From Octopus bimaculoides (taxonomy: Eukaryota): a stretch of 55,508 nt of DNA. Numbering within the stretch: position 1 is the first letter of the stretch; every line of letters starts with the position of its first letter. Positions 35,810-47,892 of this stretch are shown here, piece by piece. The stretch covers positions 114,593,638-114,649,145 of the forward strand of contig NC_068981.1 of NCBI RefSeq assembly GCF_001194135.2, given 5' to 3'. A program made the translations under genes and the position numbers. A model generated the notes under the pieces. That model did no database searches, was not told where the DNA came from, and was given only the letters and a program-made list of their open reading frames with translations.

Positions 35810-36030
35810 GGAGAAACTAACAAAACAACCTAACCAAAACACTACATACTCTCCGACAAGTAAAAGGCTCTCTAACCAGAAATCACCAGGCCCAGACAGA
35901 ATACAAGGTTATTGAATTGAAAATTTGAAGTCACTACATCAGAGAATGTAATAAATTCTTGATGAAAACTTTGACTCTAATTCTATCTCTATATCGTTAA
36001 CTAAAGGAATAACAGTGCTCAGAATGAAAA
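35810..36030 (+). mobile_element. R4/Dong-like LINE RT N-terminal fragment
   Basis: KRLSNQKSPGPDRIQGY*IENL...LTKGITVL resembles NWKAPGPDGVQGYWIK in the element at 51057. Confidence 0.6.
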
Positions 36031-37604
36031 GCAAAGCAAAAGGAAAAGATGCAATCACTTCTTCCGATAATGCGAAATCTACTGATCAGTACAATCACCG
36101 AAGAAATCAACCAACATTTGAATACTAACTACTTCCAGATGAAGAGAAAGGTCGATAATATATAAAAAAAAAGGACAAAAAAAAAAGACTGTCTGAAGGT
36201 TGAATGATCAGGTGGTAATATATAATGGAGACGATTTATGCGTTCAGCACCTCTGTTCCGTCATTCAGGGATAATTATCTCGGTTTCTGTGTATAGCCAC
36301 CATGATCATAACCTGGTTCCTGTTCCTACCAGTACGAAGGTCTGGTAGACACCGAGCAACTTACACAGCCCGCCGAACAAAGCTTTACAATGCTGGCCAG
36401 CGGCATAGTGTTTTCTGTATAAATTTTTGTTTCTTTCACTGTCTCGTTTTCATTCAGAACGCTACCGATTGCCTGTACTTCCGTAGTATCAAATACCATT
36501 TCACTGACCTGGGTTGCATATGCTGACACAACTCGTCCGCTGCCCAGTTCGCACAGAATAGCTCTCAAAGTTTCTAGTTTACACAATTGGAGCTCAGATG
36601 CCAGTTACATACAAAAGGAATGAGAGAGGACACTCTTGACGGACCAAGCGTATGAACAAAAACAGCTTTGATTGGTGGCTGTTTTGGTTGGCCACCAAGC
36701 AGTCCATTGTACAAGAGACCATTGTACATTGAAGTGATCCAGTATCCGTAAACGTGATCAAAAACAGCAGCCCCAAGGACAGCTTTCAAATAATACTCCT
36801 CAACCTTGTATAAAGCCTTCAACTGATCCTAATTTATTTGTGTCTTTCGAAAGCCAGGTTTGTTATCCACACTATATACTATGTATCGGATGAGGAGGAC
36901 GTTGTTGGAGATAGATTTTTCAGGGATCGCACGGTCTGCACTTTCGTGACAACACAAACGACAACAAACGCTAAGCTCTTTGACAGCACGTCTTATGAAG
37001 ACCTTAGCCAAGATTCAAAACCAAATCTAGATTTTTCTATGAGATTCATTCTATTGTTCTCGACTTTTGCACTAGGAAGTTTATGAGAATCGGCTGTTAA
37101 CCAGTAACCTTTCGAGTCAGTCTTAGGTTAGAGCAGATAAGAGACGGAAAATCCATTTTTTAGTCAGATTTGATTTAGTCAGAGAAAAATGTAAATATGG
37201 AGCCCAAACTTGGTTCTACCTCTTTCGCTTGGCCCCTGTCAAAAGGTGCACTTCACATATGATTTGTCAAAGCGAGACTATTCCACTTTTACTCACTCTA
37301 TTTGTCACGCCGAAGAGTAAATGCATTTGCTCTTTCTCTCTCCTTCTTCTATCCGTCCTCCTAACAAAAAATGAACTTAACCACCCACAGAATGGAACAG
37401 CAAATAATCTGTATATAACATTGTATCTTACATTCTAACGATGAAAATAAAGAGCCATTTCAACAATATTTTTCTTCTCACTTATTTGCTACATATCATC
37501 GTTACACACCCTGATCAAAAATTGCAAATTTGCCTTTAGCACAATTATGTTGACGCAAATTATCAATTGAGATCTTTTTCTTCGCATTTTTAACAGTGTT
37601 GCAG

Positions 37605-39355
37605 CTCCTCGGTTTATTTAACTCGGAATATCAAAAGAGGAATCTTTCGAGAGGACAGACTGTCGCCTGTTCTATTTGTTGTCTGCATACTGCCACTAAC
37701 GAGCGTTTTAAGAAAGATGCGTGTGGGGTACATGCTAGGCAGGGCGAAAGTAAACAACCTGTGGTTTATGGATGACCTAAAGCTATTCACTGAGACAAAG
37801 AAAGAAATTGAGAGTTTGACGGCAACTGTGCAGATGATTAGCAATGTTATTGGCATGGAATTTGGGATCGAGAAATGTGGTGTAATGATTCTCAAAAGGG
37901 GAAAAATCAATAAAAGCCATGGGATCAAGCTGGAAAGTGGTGAAACTATAAAGGAAGGTGGAGAGAGTGGATATAAGTTCTTGGCTATCATTGGAAGAGA
38001 TAAAATGAATGAACACACGATAAAAGAAATGTACAGGAAAGAGTATTTGAGGAGAACTCAGCTTGTACTCCAATCAAAGCTAAATGGCTGCTACAAGATT
38101 AGAGCAATTAACACGTGGGTGGTTGATGAGATATGGGGCAGGAATAGTATCTTGGAAGAAGCATGAATTACAAGTGAAAGACCGGAGAACACGTAAATTT
38201 AATGACAATGAACAAGGAACTATGCCCCAAGAGTGATGGGTCATGATTGTATATAAAGAGGGAAGAAGGAAGACAAGCATTGGTGTGTTGTGAAGGTTGT
38301 GTAAGGGAACAGGAGAATAGCCTGGCTTGGTATGTCAAGGGGAATAAAAAAGAAATGATTGAAACAGTGAAAATGCAGGGAACCTTAAAAGTGAACGAAA
38401 CCAGAAATCCAACACATTTTAAGAAAGGCCAGAGAAAGCAGATGGAGAAAATTTGGTAGGACTAGAAAATGCACAGTCAGTTTTTGAAGAATAAAGATGA
38501 GATTGATTGGAATAGAACCTGTAAATGGCTGAAGAAAGGGGACTTAAAAGGGCCCACTGAGGCATTAGTGTGCAGCGCTCAAGAACAAACTCTCAGAACA
38601 TCTCCAAATATCACATCTATAAAAACACTGACTCACCACAGTGCAGGATGTGCTTGAGAAGGGAGAAAGTATAAGCCATATTGTGAGTGAGTGCTGTAAG
38701 CTCACACAACGCGAATACAAGAGGAGACACGACAATGTGGCCAGATATGTCCACTGGCTATTGTGCGGTAAAGCAAACCTCGAGAGAGCCAAACAATGGT
38801 ATGGGCACAAGCCAGAGGGAGTAATGGAAAACAAATATTACAAAGTACTCTGAGATTTTAATATGCAGTGCGACCAAATCATAGAGGCGAGACGACCAGA
38901 TATCGTGCTCATCCTTAAAGATGGAAAAGAAGTAAAGATAAAAGATATTGCAATACCAGACGATTCGAGGGTGAAATGTAAGGAAACAGAAAAGATTGAG
39001 AAATACCAGCCACTGCAGGACGAGATAGGAAAGTTATAGGGCATAAGGAAAGTAATGGTGATACCGGTGGTAATTGTAGCATTAGGGGCAGTTTCCAAGG
39101 GCTTTGAAAAACATTAAGAATATTGGAGCTGATGTCAAGCTCGAGGTGATCCAGAAGACAGCATTGTTGGGTACAACTCGCATTCTGAGGAGAATATTGT
39201 CTCTTTGAGTCACAGGAGAAGGTATTACTTGAAACATTTGGTGATTTGTTATTGCTTGCTTTCAAGTAAAGAATAACCGTTAATTAAGAACTATCTGAGA
39301 GTCTTTCAGCATAACAATGATAATAGTAACAACAAAAACAACAATAATAATAATT
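37605..39355 (+). mobile_element. R4/Dong-clade non-LTR retrotransposon (RT-CCHC-RLE), 5'-truncated, antisense in intron
   Basis: IKRGIFRGDRLSP, LWFMDDLKLF, CRMC.EKGESISHIVSEC, RHDNVARYVHW, RRPDIVL...IKDIAIP, QKTALLGTTRILRR; (AAT/AAC)n tail. Confidence 0.93.
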
Positions 39356-39481
39356 TCTAGCACCGGCTCACAGCCCATTGGTGATAGGTATATACAATTA
39401 AGAGCGATCACAGTACTTAATCGCTAGTTTAGCTTTTGGAGCCTAAAAGAACAAAAGACTAAGCTGACCTCTGCAGAATTC

Positions 39482-39514
<33 letters not shown>

Positions 39515-39567
39515 TCTTAAAATATGAATCACTTGCAACTTGTGGGCTGCTCAGTGTGTTAATTTAC

Positions 39568-39692
39568 CGTATCAGGAGCGAAGTCCCAATGGAGAAGAAC
39601 CCTCTCTGGTAATATTTCTGAATGGTTGCTATGGCAATTAGTGCAATAAAATCTTTTGCTGAAGTGACAGAAACGACTTTCGCGTTCACAAC
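39568..39692 (-). CDS. DEF8-like exon: (G)CERESRFCHFSKRFYCTNCHSNHSEILPERVLLHWDFAPDT
   Basis: Acceptor ttttatttttcaacag, donor ACG|GTAAAT, phase 1 to 0; hallmark RH motif R.C......YC..CH.......P.R....WDF. Confidence 0.95.
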
Positions 39693-39824
39693 CTGTTGAA
39701 AAATAAAATAAAACAGAACTTAGGCATAGTAGTAGTAGTAATAGAGTGGTTGTACGGGAGCAATACTCTGTAACAGTGTATCGCTGCTTCCACCAATTAT
39801 TGGTAATTCCCGACTCCAGGTGGA

Positions 39825-40030
39825 TGACACCTTTATTTTTTATTGCACACAGGGGGCTAAAAATAAAGGGGACAAACAAGGACAGACAAAGGGATGAAGT
39901 CGATTATATCGATCCCCAGTGCGTAACTGGTACTTATTTAATTAACCCCGAGAGGATGAAAGGCAAAGTCGACCTCGGCGGAATTTAAACTCAGAACGTA
40001 ATACCGCTAAGCATTTTGCCCGGTGGTGCA
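39825..40030 (-). mobile_element. SINE of the same family as 17320-17520
   Basis: Reverse complement of gaggtcgactttgcctttcatcctctcggggttaattaaataagtaccag; matching 3' end also seen at 40646-40700 on +. Confidence 0.8.
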
Positions 40031-40759
40031 CCACTCAGGCAACAACCCTTCAATCCATGGGTTTCTTTTGAGTAATCGTTTCTGGTGAGCGTTTTATGGT
40101 GTCGGAGTGCAAATCCTACCTCAATCTCTTTTAGTCACCTTTTACGACAGGCAGAAAAAACGTTGGGTCCAAGCATAATTTTGCTTAGACAAAAAGGAAA
40201 TGGGAAAATGTGACACGACGAACATTAATACACTTTTTCCTCTCCTATAAACNNNNNNNNNNNNNNNNNNNNNNNNNNNNNNNNNNNNNNNNNNNNNNNN
40301 NNNNNNNNNNNNNNNNNNNNNNNNNNNNNNNNNNNNNNNNNNNNNNNNNNNNNNNNNNNNNNNNNNNNNNNNNNNNNNNNNNNNNNNNNNNNNNNNNNNN
40401 NNNNNNNNNNNNNNNNNNNNNNNNNNNNNNNNNNNNNNNNNNNNNNNNNNNNNNNNNNNNNNNNNNNNNNNNNNNNNNNNNNNNNNNNNNNNNNNNNNNN
40501 NNNNNNNNNNNNNNNNNNNNNNNNNNNNNNNNNNNNNNNNNNNNNNNNNNNNNNNNNNNNNNNNNNNNNNNNNNNNNNNNNNNNNNNNNNNNNNNNNNNN
40601 NNNNNNNNNNNNNNNNNNNNNNNNNNNNNNNNNNNNNNNNNNNNNTCTCTTTGTTTGTCCCCTTTATGTTTAGCCCCTTGTGGGCAATAAAGAAATATAT
40701 ATAAAAGTATGCATGTATGTATGTATGTATGTGTGCATGCATGCGTGTAAAATATAAAT

Positions 40760-40902
40760 AGGCGTAAGCTGTGTGGTTAAGAAGTACGAAGTATGCTTGC
40801 TTTCCAACTACTTGGTTTAGGCTCAGTCCCTCTGAAATATTTTCTAGTACAGCCAAAGGTCCACCAGCGCTTCATGAACGGACTTGGTACAAAAGAAGCC
40901 TG

Positions 40903-40945
<43 letters not shown>

Positions 40946-41085
40946 NNNNNNNNNNCACCGTCATATAAGCGATGCTTGTCGTTTCCAGTCTTCTGTCCAG
41001 CCATAGAAAAATATTACCTTGCTTGAAACTGGTGAGGTTTGGCGACAGGGAGAGCATGTCCCCCACTCCGGCCACAGCTTTTTAA
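40760..41085 (+). mobile_element. Degenerate tRNA-derived SINE
   Basis: ggcgtaagctgtgtggttaagaag head, ggctcagtccc B-box-like, gaaactggtgaggtttggcgacaggg tail. Confidence 0.55.
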
Positions 41086-41419
41086 TACATTGTTAAAAAT
41101 ATTTCAGAGAACTCCAAGATATAGACGTGGATGTATTAAAAGAACCACTTAAATAAGATATCAAATGAATCCATATCATGGCAAGAAAAGCAAATGAAGG
41201 CGATATTTTATGAGACCGTCATTCACCAAAACCACGGAGAAAGGGCCGTGGATATGAACTGAAATAAACTAATAATCACACCAATGACTGTTTCCCAGCA
41301 ATAGTACCAATATATATAACATATATATATACCAGTATATATAACATTCGTAAGGTATATTACAAGCATGGAAACCAGATCTGATATTTTTCACAGAGAA
41401 AGTTCTCAAAAACACATGT

Positions 41420-41530
41420 GGTTAAAGACAGGGCTTTGCTCAGAAAGCCGGTGGATCGCAGGGCACTGTTTCGACTTGGTTTGGTCTCCTCAGTAACGAA
41501 TACCCTGATCGTTCTGTGCTAAGCCCTCCA
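41420..41530 (-). ncRNA. Hammerhead-ribozyme-like motif (intronic, sense to the DEF8-like gene)
   Basis: Minus strand: CUGAGGA (41493-41487)-GAC caaaccaa GUC-GAAA-CAG, with a downstream CUGUC (41431-41427) that can form stem III and supply a GUC cleavage triplet; stem I is imperfect. Confidence 0.5.
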
Positions 41531-41787
41531 CCAAAAGAAAAAAAAAGCTCGTTCCGATATTGAAATCAGTAAACAATACATTTATTGATTTGCGCAAAAG
41601 CTAGCCAGGCTATAATTAAATAAACATATGTACTTAAATTAAAATAAACATATGGCTTAAATTAAAATACAGGTGTAGATTAAAATGCTGTACTCGGGTC
41701 AGTATGATCAACAAAAACCTTGAAAACGTTTCCCTCCGTGGCTCTGGCTAACAGCTGAAATCAACAAATGAATAAAAGGGTACTAAC

Positions 41788-41878
41788 CATAAAGATCACT
41801 ATCACATCCGTAACAAAAGAATTTTTGTGTCATCACTGTAGAATGTCCTTCGTGAAGAAAAGCAATTCCCAGAGAAAG
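41788..41878 (-). CDS. DEF8-like exon: LSLGIAFLHEGHSTVMTQKFFCYGCDSDLY(G)
   Basis: (CT)n tract + tttag acceptor, donor TATG|GTTAGT, phase 0 to 1; Q.F.C..C start of the RH domain (DEF8 QDYRCAEC). Confidence 0.92.
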
Positions 41879-41884
41879 CTAAAA

Positions 41885-41922
41885 GAGAGAGAGAGAGAGA
41901 GAGTTAGCGGTAGTTAGTTAGT

Positions 41923-41968
<46 letters not shown>

Positions 41969-42000
41969 CATACATACATACATACATACATACGTACATA
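41885..42000. repeat. Compound microsatellite (AG)n-(TTAG)n-(ATAG)n-(ATAC)n
   Basis: Directly visible; the (AG)n block forms the polypyrimidine tract of the 41878 acceptor on the minus strand. Confidence 0.95.
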
Positions 42001-42159
42001 CATTATGACTTCGTCGTTATAACTGGTGACTTTGTCGTTACGGACCGACCATCATAATTTTGTTACACATGTATGTGTATACATGTGTAACAAAATTATG
42101 ATGGTCGATCTGTAACGACGAAGTCACCAGTTATAACGACAAAATTCAATGTCATAATG
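42001..42159. repeat. Fold-back (MITE-like) inverted repeat
   Basis: Arms 42011-42074 and 42079-42142 (64 bp, 4 mismatches, 4-nt loop); outer cattatgac/gtcataatg also complementary. Confidence 0.93.
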
Positions 42160-43383
42160 CATCGGGGATAATAATAATATTATTATTACAGTGCATAGAA
42201 AATAAACAACTTCATCGAGTTATATGTATGTACAGCTTGTTTGTAGATTTCGAGTCCATTCCTTATGATAGTAGTTAGTTTGATCTCTTTGACTATTAGA
42301 GAGAGAAAGAGTAAGAGCGACAACACTGACAGAAACGATAAGGGATTTACCTTCATACATTTATCAACATATTAGTAGATATGCTCTTGGTTGACACCGA
42401 ATTACCAAAGAAGTCAACTGATATTTTTATTGTGCATTTATATTCATGCTAAATAAGTTAGATCAAGCTAAAACAATGGATTTCTCTTCTGTAATCAATT
42501 TTGACCAATGAATGCCATGAAAAGGTCCAAGAGGTCAACTTATTCGCATTAATCGCTTTGTGCAGAAAGGCTAAGACAATGGGCCGAGGACTTGTGTGGC
42601 AATGTGTAAAAATGTGAATTCAGTTTTGAAATCTAGCCTATACATGTACAGCAAGGAATAAGAGATGTGTGTGTGTGTGTGTGCGTGTGTGTGTGTGTAT
42701 GTGTATGCGTGCGAGTGTGTGGGCATGTGTGTGTGTTCTTATATCTATCTATCTATCTACCTGTCTATCTCTCTAGTTATCTGTATGTATGTATGCATTT
42801 ATGTATATCCCCATATATATATATATATATATAAACATATATATATATATANNNNNNNNNNNNNNNNNNNNNNNNNNNNNNNNNNNNNNNNNNNNNNNNN
42901 NNNNNNNNNNNNNNNNNNNNNNNNNNNNNNNNNNNNNNNNNNNNNNNNNNNNNNNNNNNNNNNNNNNNNNNNNNNNNNNNNNNNNNNNNNNNNNNNNNNN
43001 NNNNNNNNNNNNNNNNNNNNNNNNNNNNNNNNNNNNNNNNNNNNNNNNNNNNNNNNNNNNNNNNNNNNNNNNNNNNNNNNNNNNNNNNNNNNNNNNNNNN
43101 NNNNNNNNNNNNNNNNNNNNNNNNNNNNNNNNNNNNNNNNNNNNNNNNNNNNNNNNNNNNNNNNNNNNNNNNNNNNNNNNNNNNNNNNNNNNNNNNNNNN
43201 NNNNNNNNNNNNNNNNNTGTATGTGTGTGTTTGTGTGTATTTTTTCAATGTGTACAAATAACACGGAAAAAAATAAATAATTACCAGGGTAGCAAAAATT
43301 AACATAAGTGCCAAGGATATTACAGCTTGCTTATAAAGGTAGAAATTCCAAGGTTAGGCGAAATGATTTTGTATAACAGATAA

Positions 43384-44757
43384 ATAAAGAAATGGAGTTA
43401 AACACAGGTATTATTCAAATATTTATACTTCTAAAGTATGTTTCGAAGAAAACATTGGTATTATTCCGGAGGAAATAAAATGATGTAAAACAATGCAATC
43501 ATCATGCCAGGGAAAGAAAGAGAAACAAAACACATCAATAAGCCATTTTAACTGAATGTGATTACGGCGTATATGATGAAGGGGAACACTGGCAAGTTAT
43601 TTTTTAAAAAACTGTTAATAGTTTTAACATCAAAGGCAATTTGGAGAAAGAGAAAGAGGAGAAAGAAAGAAATTAAAAGAAAATTAAGCGTGATAGATGA
43701 ATGGGAATAAAGTTTAAAAGCGTGGAAATAGATATATGTAGTGGAAATGAAATGTAAGAAGACAGTTAAAGGTCGAATAGGGTTTTCAAACATCAAAAAC
43801 CTTTTACAAATCATCTCTTCGCTTAACAATACGTTGCTAAATACAAATCCACTTAATGAAAATAATAACATTGCTAATCATTCTTTGAACAATAATAACA
43901 ACAACATTAATATTTCTGATATAAATTCGAATCGTATTCGTTTCCTCAGCACTAATTCTAAGACTAGAAACTCTGTTTATCAATGTAAAATTACTTCCGG
44001 TTCTGATGTCTTTTTTTTACATAGGTTGTTCATCGTCTCAGTTGTCGAAAAGAACATATAATCATTACTCTACATTTAGACATATGAATAAACGCAACAA
44101 TACAGGGCTTAGTAAATTAATTTGGTCTCTAAAGGAACATAAACAATTTGATTTGGAATGGAATATTCTATTAGATCCTTCCCATATGATAAAGGTAAAT
44201 CTTTTTGTTCGCTTTGTAACGAAGAACAATTTCTCATCCTGTTCTTGGAGAGTTCTTTTGTAAACAGGTTTAAAGAACGCGTTTATCATTGTAAACATTG
44301 GCAAAAACACACCTTTAATTCCTATAAGTAATTTCTACCAGTCTACAAAATTCGACCTTTAACTGTCTTCTTACATTTCATTTCCACTATATATATCTAT
44401 TTCCACGCTTTTAAGCTTTATTCCCATTCATCTATCACACTATATTTCTCCACACTTAATATTCTTTTAATTTCTTCCTTTCTCCACCTTCTCTTTCTCT
44501 AAATTGCCTTTGATGTTAAATCTATTAATGTTTTTTTAAAAAATAACTTGCCAGTGTTCCCCTTCATCATATACGCCGTAATCGCATTCGATTAAAATGG
44601 CTTATTGATGTGTTTTGTTTCTCTTTCTTTCCCTGGCATGATGATTGCATTGTTTTACATCATTTTATTCCTTCCGGAATATCAATGTTTTCTTCGAAAC
44701 ATACGTCGGAAGTATAAAGATTTGACTAACACTTGCATTTGACACCATTTCTTAATC
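43384..44757 (+). mobile_element. 5'-truncated Naiad-type Penelope-like element with inverted terminal (pseudo-LTR) duplication
   Basis: Body 43770-44340: NSVYQC...FYIGC, T.LSKLIWSLK, FPYDKGKSFCSLCNEE, CKHW; 43384-43768 is the reverse complement (~85% by eye) of 44350-44757. Confidence 0.9.
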
Positions 44758-44958
44758 TATCTATCTGTCTGTCTGTCTGTCTGTCACATATATATATATA
44801 AAAGACAATACTTAATGAAAGGGAATTGAATGTAAATGCTTCTTCTGTCAGGAAAATGTACTGTTAGTTTTTTCACTATCATACTACCGACACGACCAGT
44901 AACGGTTCCAATAAATTACTCGATAATACTTTATAGATGGCAAATTGTTATAACTTAC

Positions 44959-45023
44959 GTATGTTGAAGGGCATTCAAAATTGTAGAAGTGTTTACAATC
45001 ACTGTGTACTTTTATTCCACATT
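44959..45023 (-). CDS. DEF8-like exon, second half of C1B: (E)CGIKVHSDCKHFYNFECPSTY
   Basis: Very strong poly-Y acceptor (ttttctttttgcag), donor TAC|GTAAGT, 65 nt phase 1 to 0; C-x4-H-x2-C-x7-C. Confidence 0.95.
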
Positions 45024-45799
45024 CTGCAAAAAGAAAAAAAGAAAAGAAAAGAAAATAAATAAAATTATCTTACTGGAATTTTGGGGGCTGAAGAAAATGG
45101 AATGGTGCAACTTTACTATTCTCAAGAGAATAAACGGAGCATGTAAATGGAAGCACATACATAATTAAACGGAAATTAAAATCGTAATTAAAGAGCTGTA
45201 AAGTACAGTTAAAAATATATTTTACGTATAGAACTCTGAGGAATAGAGTGCAGAGGTACATTTATTATGTAATTAGTGATAGTTTGTTCAAAGTTTCGCG
45301 ACGTACTGGGCTATTCACAATTGTGGGGAAGAATATATTTTTGGCAGTTTATATGAGGGTGGATTGATTTTGGAAGCGTGTTTATGTATGTGTATGAATA
45401 AGGTGCTATGTGTCTTTGCAAATAAATTTTAAGGCGAGGAGATTGTAATGAAAAGTTATTGTCAGGGTGTGTGTAATTATGAATGCGTGGTGACAGTTCT
45501 TAATTCTATTCATGATTGGGACGCTTTTTATATCGATTTGAATAGCAAGACTTAATTGACACTGTTAGAATAGGGGCGTGAGGTTACGTGCCGTTCATTA
45601 CCATTCTACTAAAGCTTGGGACGGGTTTCAGTGCAGAATCTAAATAAACTCTTATGGTTGACATCTTGGGAACCGATCTGTTAAACAACACTTCCTAAAG
45701 ATTTTAAGAAATCAAAGACATTGAGGTAAAAATTACACACAAACATACAAATGAGAAATCAACAGCACAAATGAATAGTCGTAAAGAAAATACTTTAAC

Positions 45800-45926
45800 C
45801 TTTACACTTGTAGGCAGGAGTAAGGAAAATATCCAGGTTAAAATGACATTTCTCACACTGTGTCCAAAATTTTTTGTAGGTTAATACAAATTTATGTCCT
45901 TGTATTTCATTACAAAAGTTATCTTT
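45800..45926 (-). CDS. DEF8-like exon, first half of C1B: KDNFCNEIQGHKFVLTYKKFWTQCEKCHFNLDIFLTPAYKCK(G)
   Basis: Acceptor cgttttggtttcag, donor AAAG|GTTAAA, phase 0 to 1; H-x12-C-x2-C-x13-C. Confidence 0.93.
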
Positions 45927-47733
45927 CTGAAACCAAAACGAAAAATAAAAATCAGAAAGTAGAAGAAAAATGTAAAACAGAAAAAAATATGATAGAAAAC
46001 ATATAATAGCAAAAATATATTTAATTTTACATTTTAAAGATGGTAGAAAAGAATTTATGTGTCGGCTCTTTGTCCATCGTATTAGATGTATAAGTAATGT
46101 AAAAATTTTACAACTAAAAATAGACAAAGTTCAGCTAATAATATTGATGGGAAGAGAATCTGAGCGGTGATCTCGGCATGTAAAGGAATTCACTTTCACT
46201 ATATACTAGTTACAAATACAAGAAAATATGAATAAGTCAGTTGATCTTTAACAATGATTATTTGTTCTTTGTTCAAGTATTAGACTATTTTAGGTCTTGA
46301 CATGCCTAGAGTAGTGTCCTCATCAGGATTTTATACACACACACACATACACACGCACGCCCCTCCCCCCAAACACAGAATAAATTTTCTGACATCTTAA
46401 CTTCCAGTCATGTGCTCGATTATCCATTTTGCCTGATTAACAGAAGGTCCAAAATAATAATTCAAGTTAATTTCCTAGGAGACTGCACCGCCACCATATT
46501 AACCAACCTTCACGACACACTTTTGTTTATTCACCAGAAAATCTGCTACAAAGTTGGAAATATTCTTCCAACCCTTCACCTATGAAGGTGCAAATGTCTA
46601 AGAAAAAATCGAATGCCACGCCCTAACCTCCTAAACACTGGGCCCTCACTTAGAGTTCAGTCGTTTATGAGACCGATATTACAGCAGTGCTACAAGGTAA
46701 CGTAATCGAAAAGAAAAATTACGCGGTCTATGTGAAGACAATTTTAAAAGACGTTATGCAATCTACCAGTCTTCTTTTTGACACATAGACAAAATAAACC
46801 GCTAAGCTGGTTAGTTATATGCGGGATCTGATGGAAAATTGTGGAGAAACCCCTGTCATATGTAAATGAATGAAAGAGATGCAAGCTATGCTTTGCTGAA
46901 AGATCACACATTCTTTTTAGATCTAAGAATTACACCACATTACGTGATTCGAGATCCTAAATTTTCAGCAAATGGAAACACAGGTACAAAATTCTTTTGT
47001 CGAACTGGAGGATAGACCCTCCAGGTTGAACAGCTGTCTTGCAGCTGTTGGCAAGCCCTCCTCACCGATCAAATATTCTACAGACAAAGAGGATGCAACT
47101 TTTGGCTTCTTTCTCTTGTTTCCTTTCTTTTCCCGTTATTATTCATCCTTTCTCTTTTTGTTCCGCTTTCCGCACCAACTTTCTAGTTTATTTTTTCTCG
47201 TGTTTTCTTATGTACTAGCATCCTGGTTTTCAAATAGAACTAACCATGTACACTGAGCCTGAAGGAGTACTTGGAGACACAAGATACGCTAAAGGAATCT
47301 GCCGAATTACCGTGTCTCCACGGCATGAAACTATTGGAAGCTCTTAATTTAATACTGTGTACTATATATATATATATATATATATGTATGTACTATATAT
47401 ATATGTGTATGTATGTACGTATGCATGTATATATGCATGTATGTATGTATGCACACACACTCACACACACACACACACAAACACACACACAAATACACAC
47501 ACGTGCTCGCACAAATTTCTTAGTAGAGTATAGATTTGTATATTAATGGCAATACTAATAGAATTTAAAATTAGCCTCAAGTAATGAAGCTATCATTACT
47601 TGTAGCTCAACCCCCTATGATTTCTGAAGGCGTTATAATATGTAGAGTGGATAAAGAAAAATGTGAGGCGAGAAAAGTAAGAGTTAAAAGGAGAATGGTT
47701 GCTAATAAAATATTAGTAATGTAATTATATTAC

Positions 47734-47798
47734 CTGCACAGTTTTGCAAGTAAGCTTCATATTCCCAATACAATGTGGGTGGCAGATAAAGTTGCAAA
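47734..47798 (-). CDS. DEF8-like exon, second half of C1A: (V)CNFICHPHCIGNMKLTCKTVQ
   Basis: Acceptor atgtcgtttcag, donor CAG|GTAATA, 65 nt phase 1 to 0; C-x4-H-x2-C-x7-C; not in the ORF track in this frame. Confidence 0.9.
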
Positions 47799-47838
47799 CT
47801 GAAACGACATTTAAGATTAAAACTAAGAGTAATTAAGA

Positions 47839-47892
<54 letters not shown>

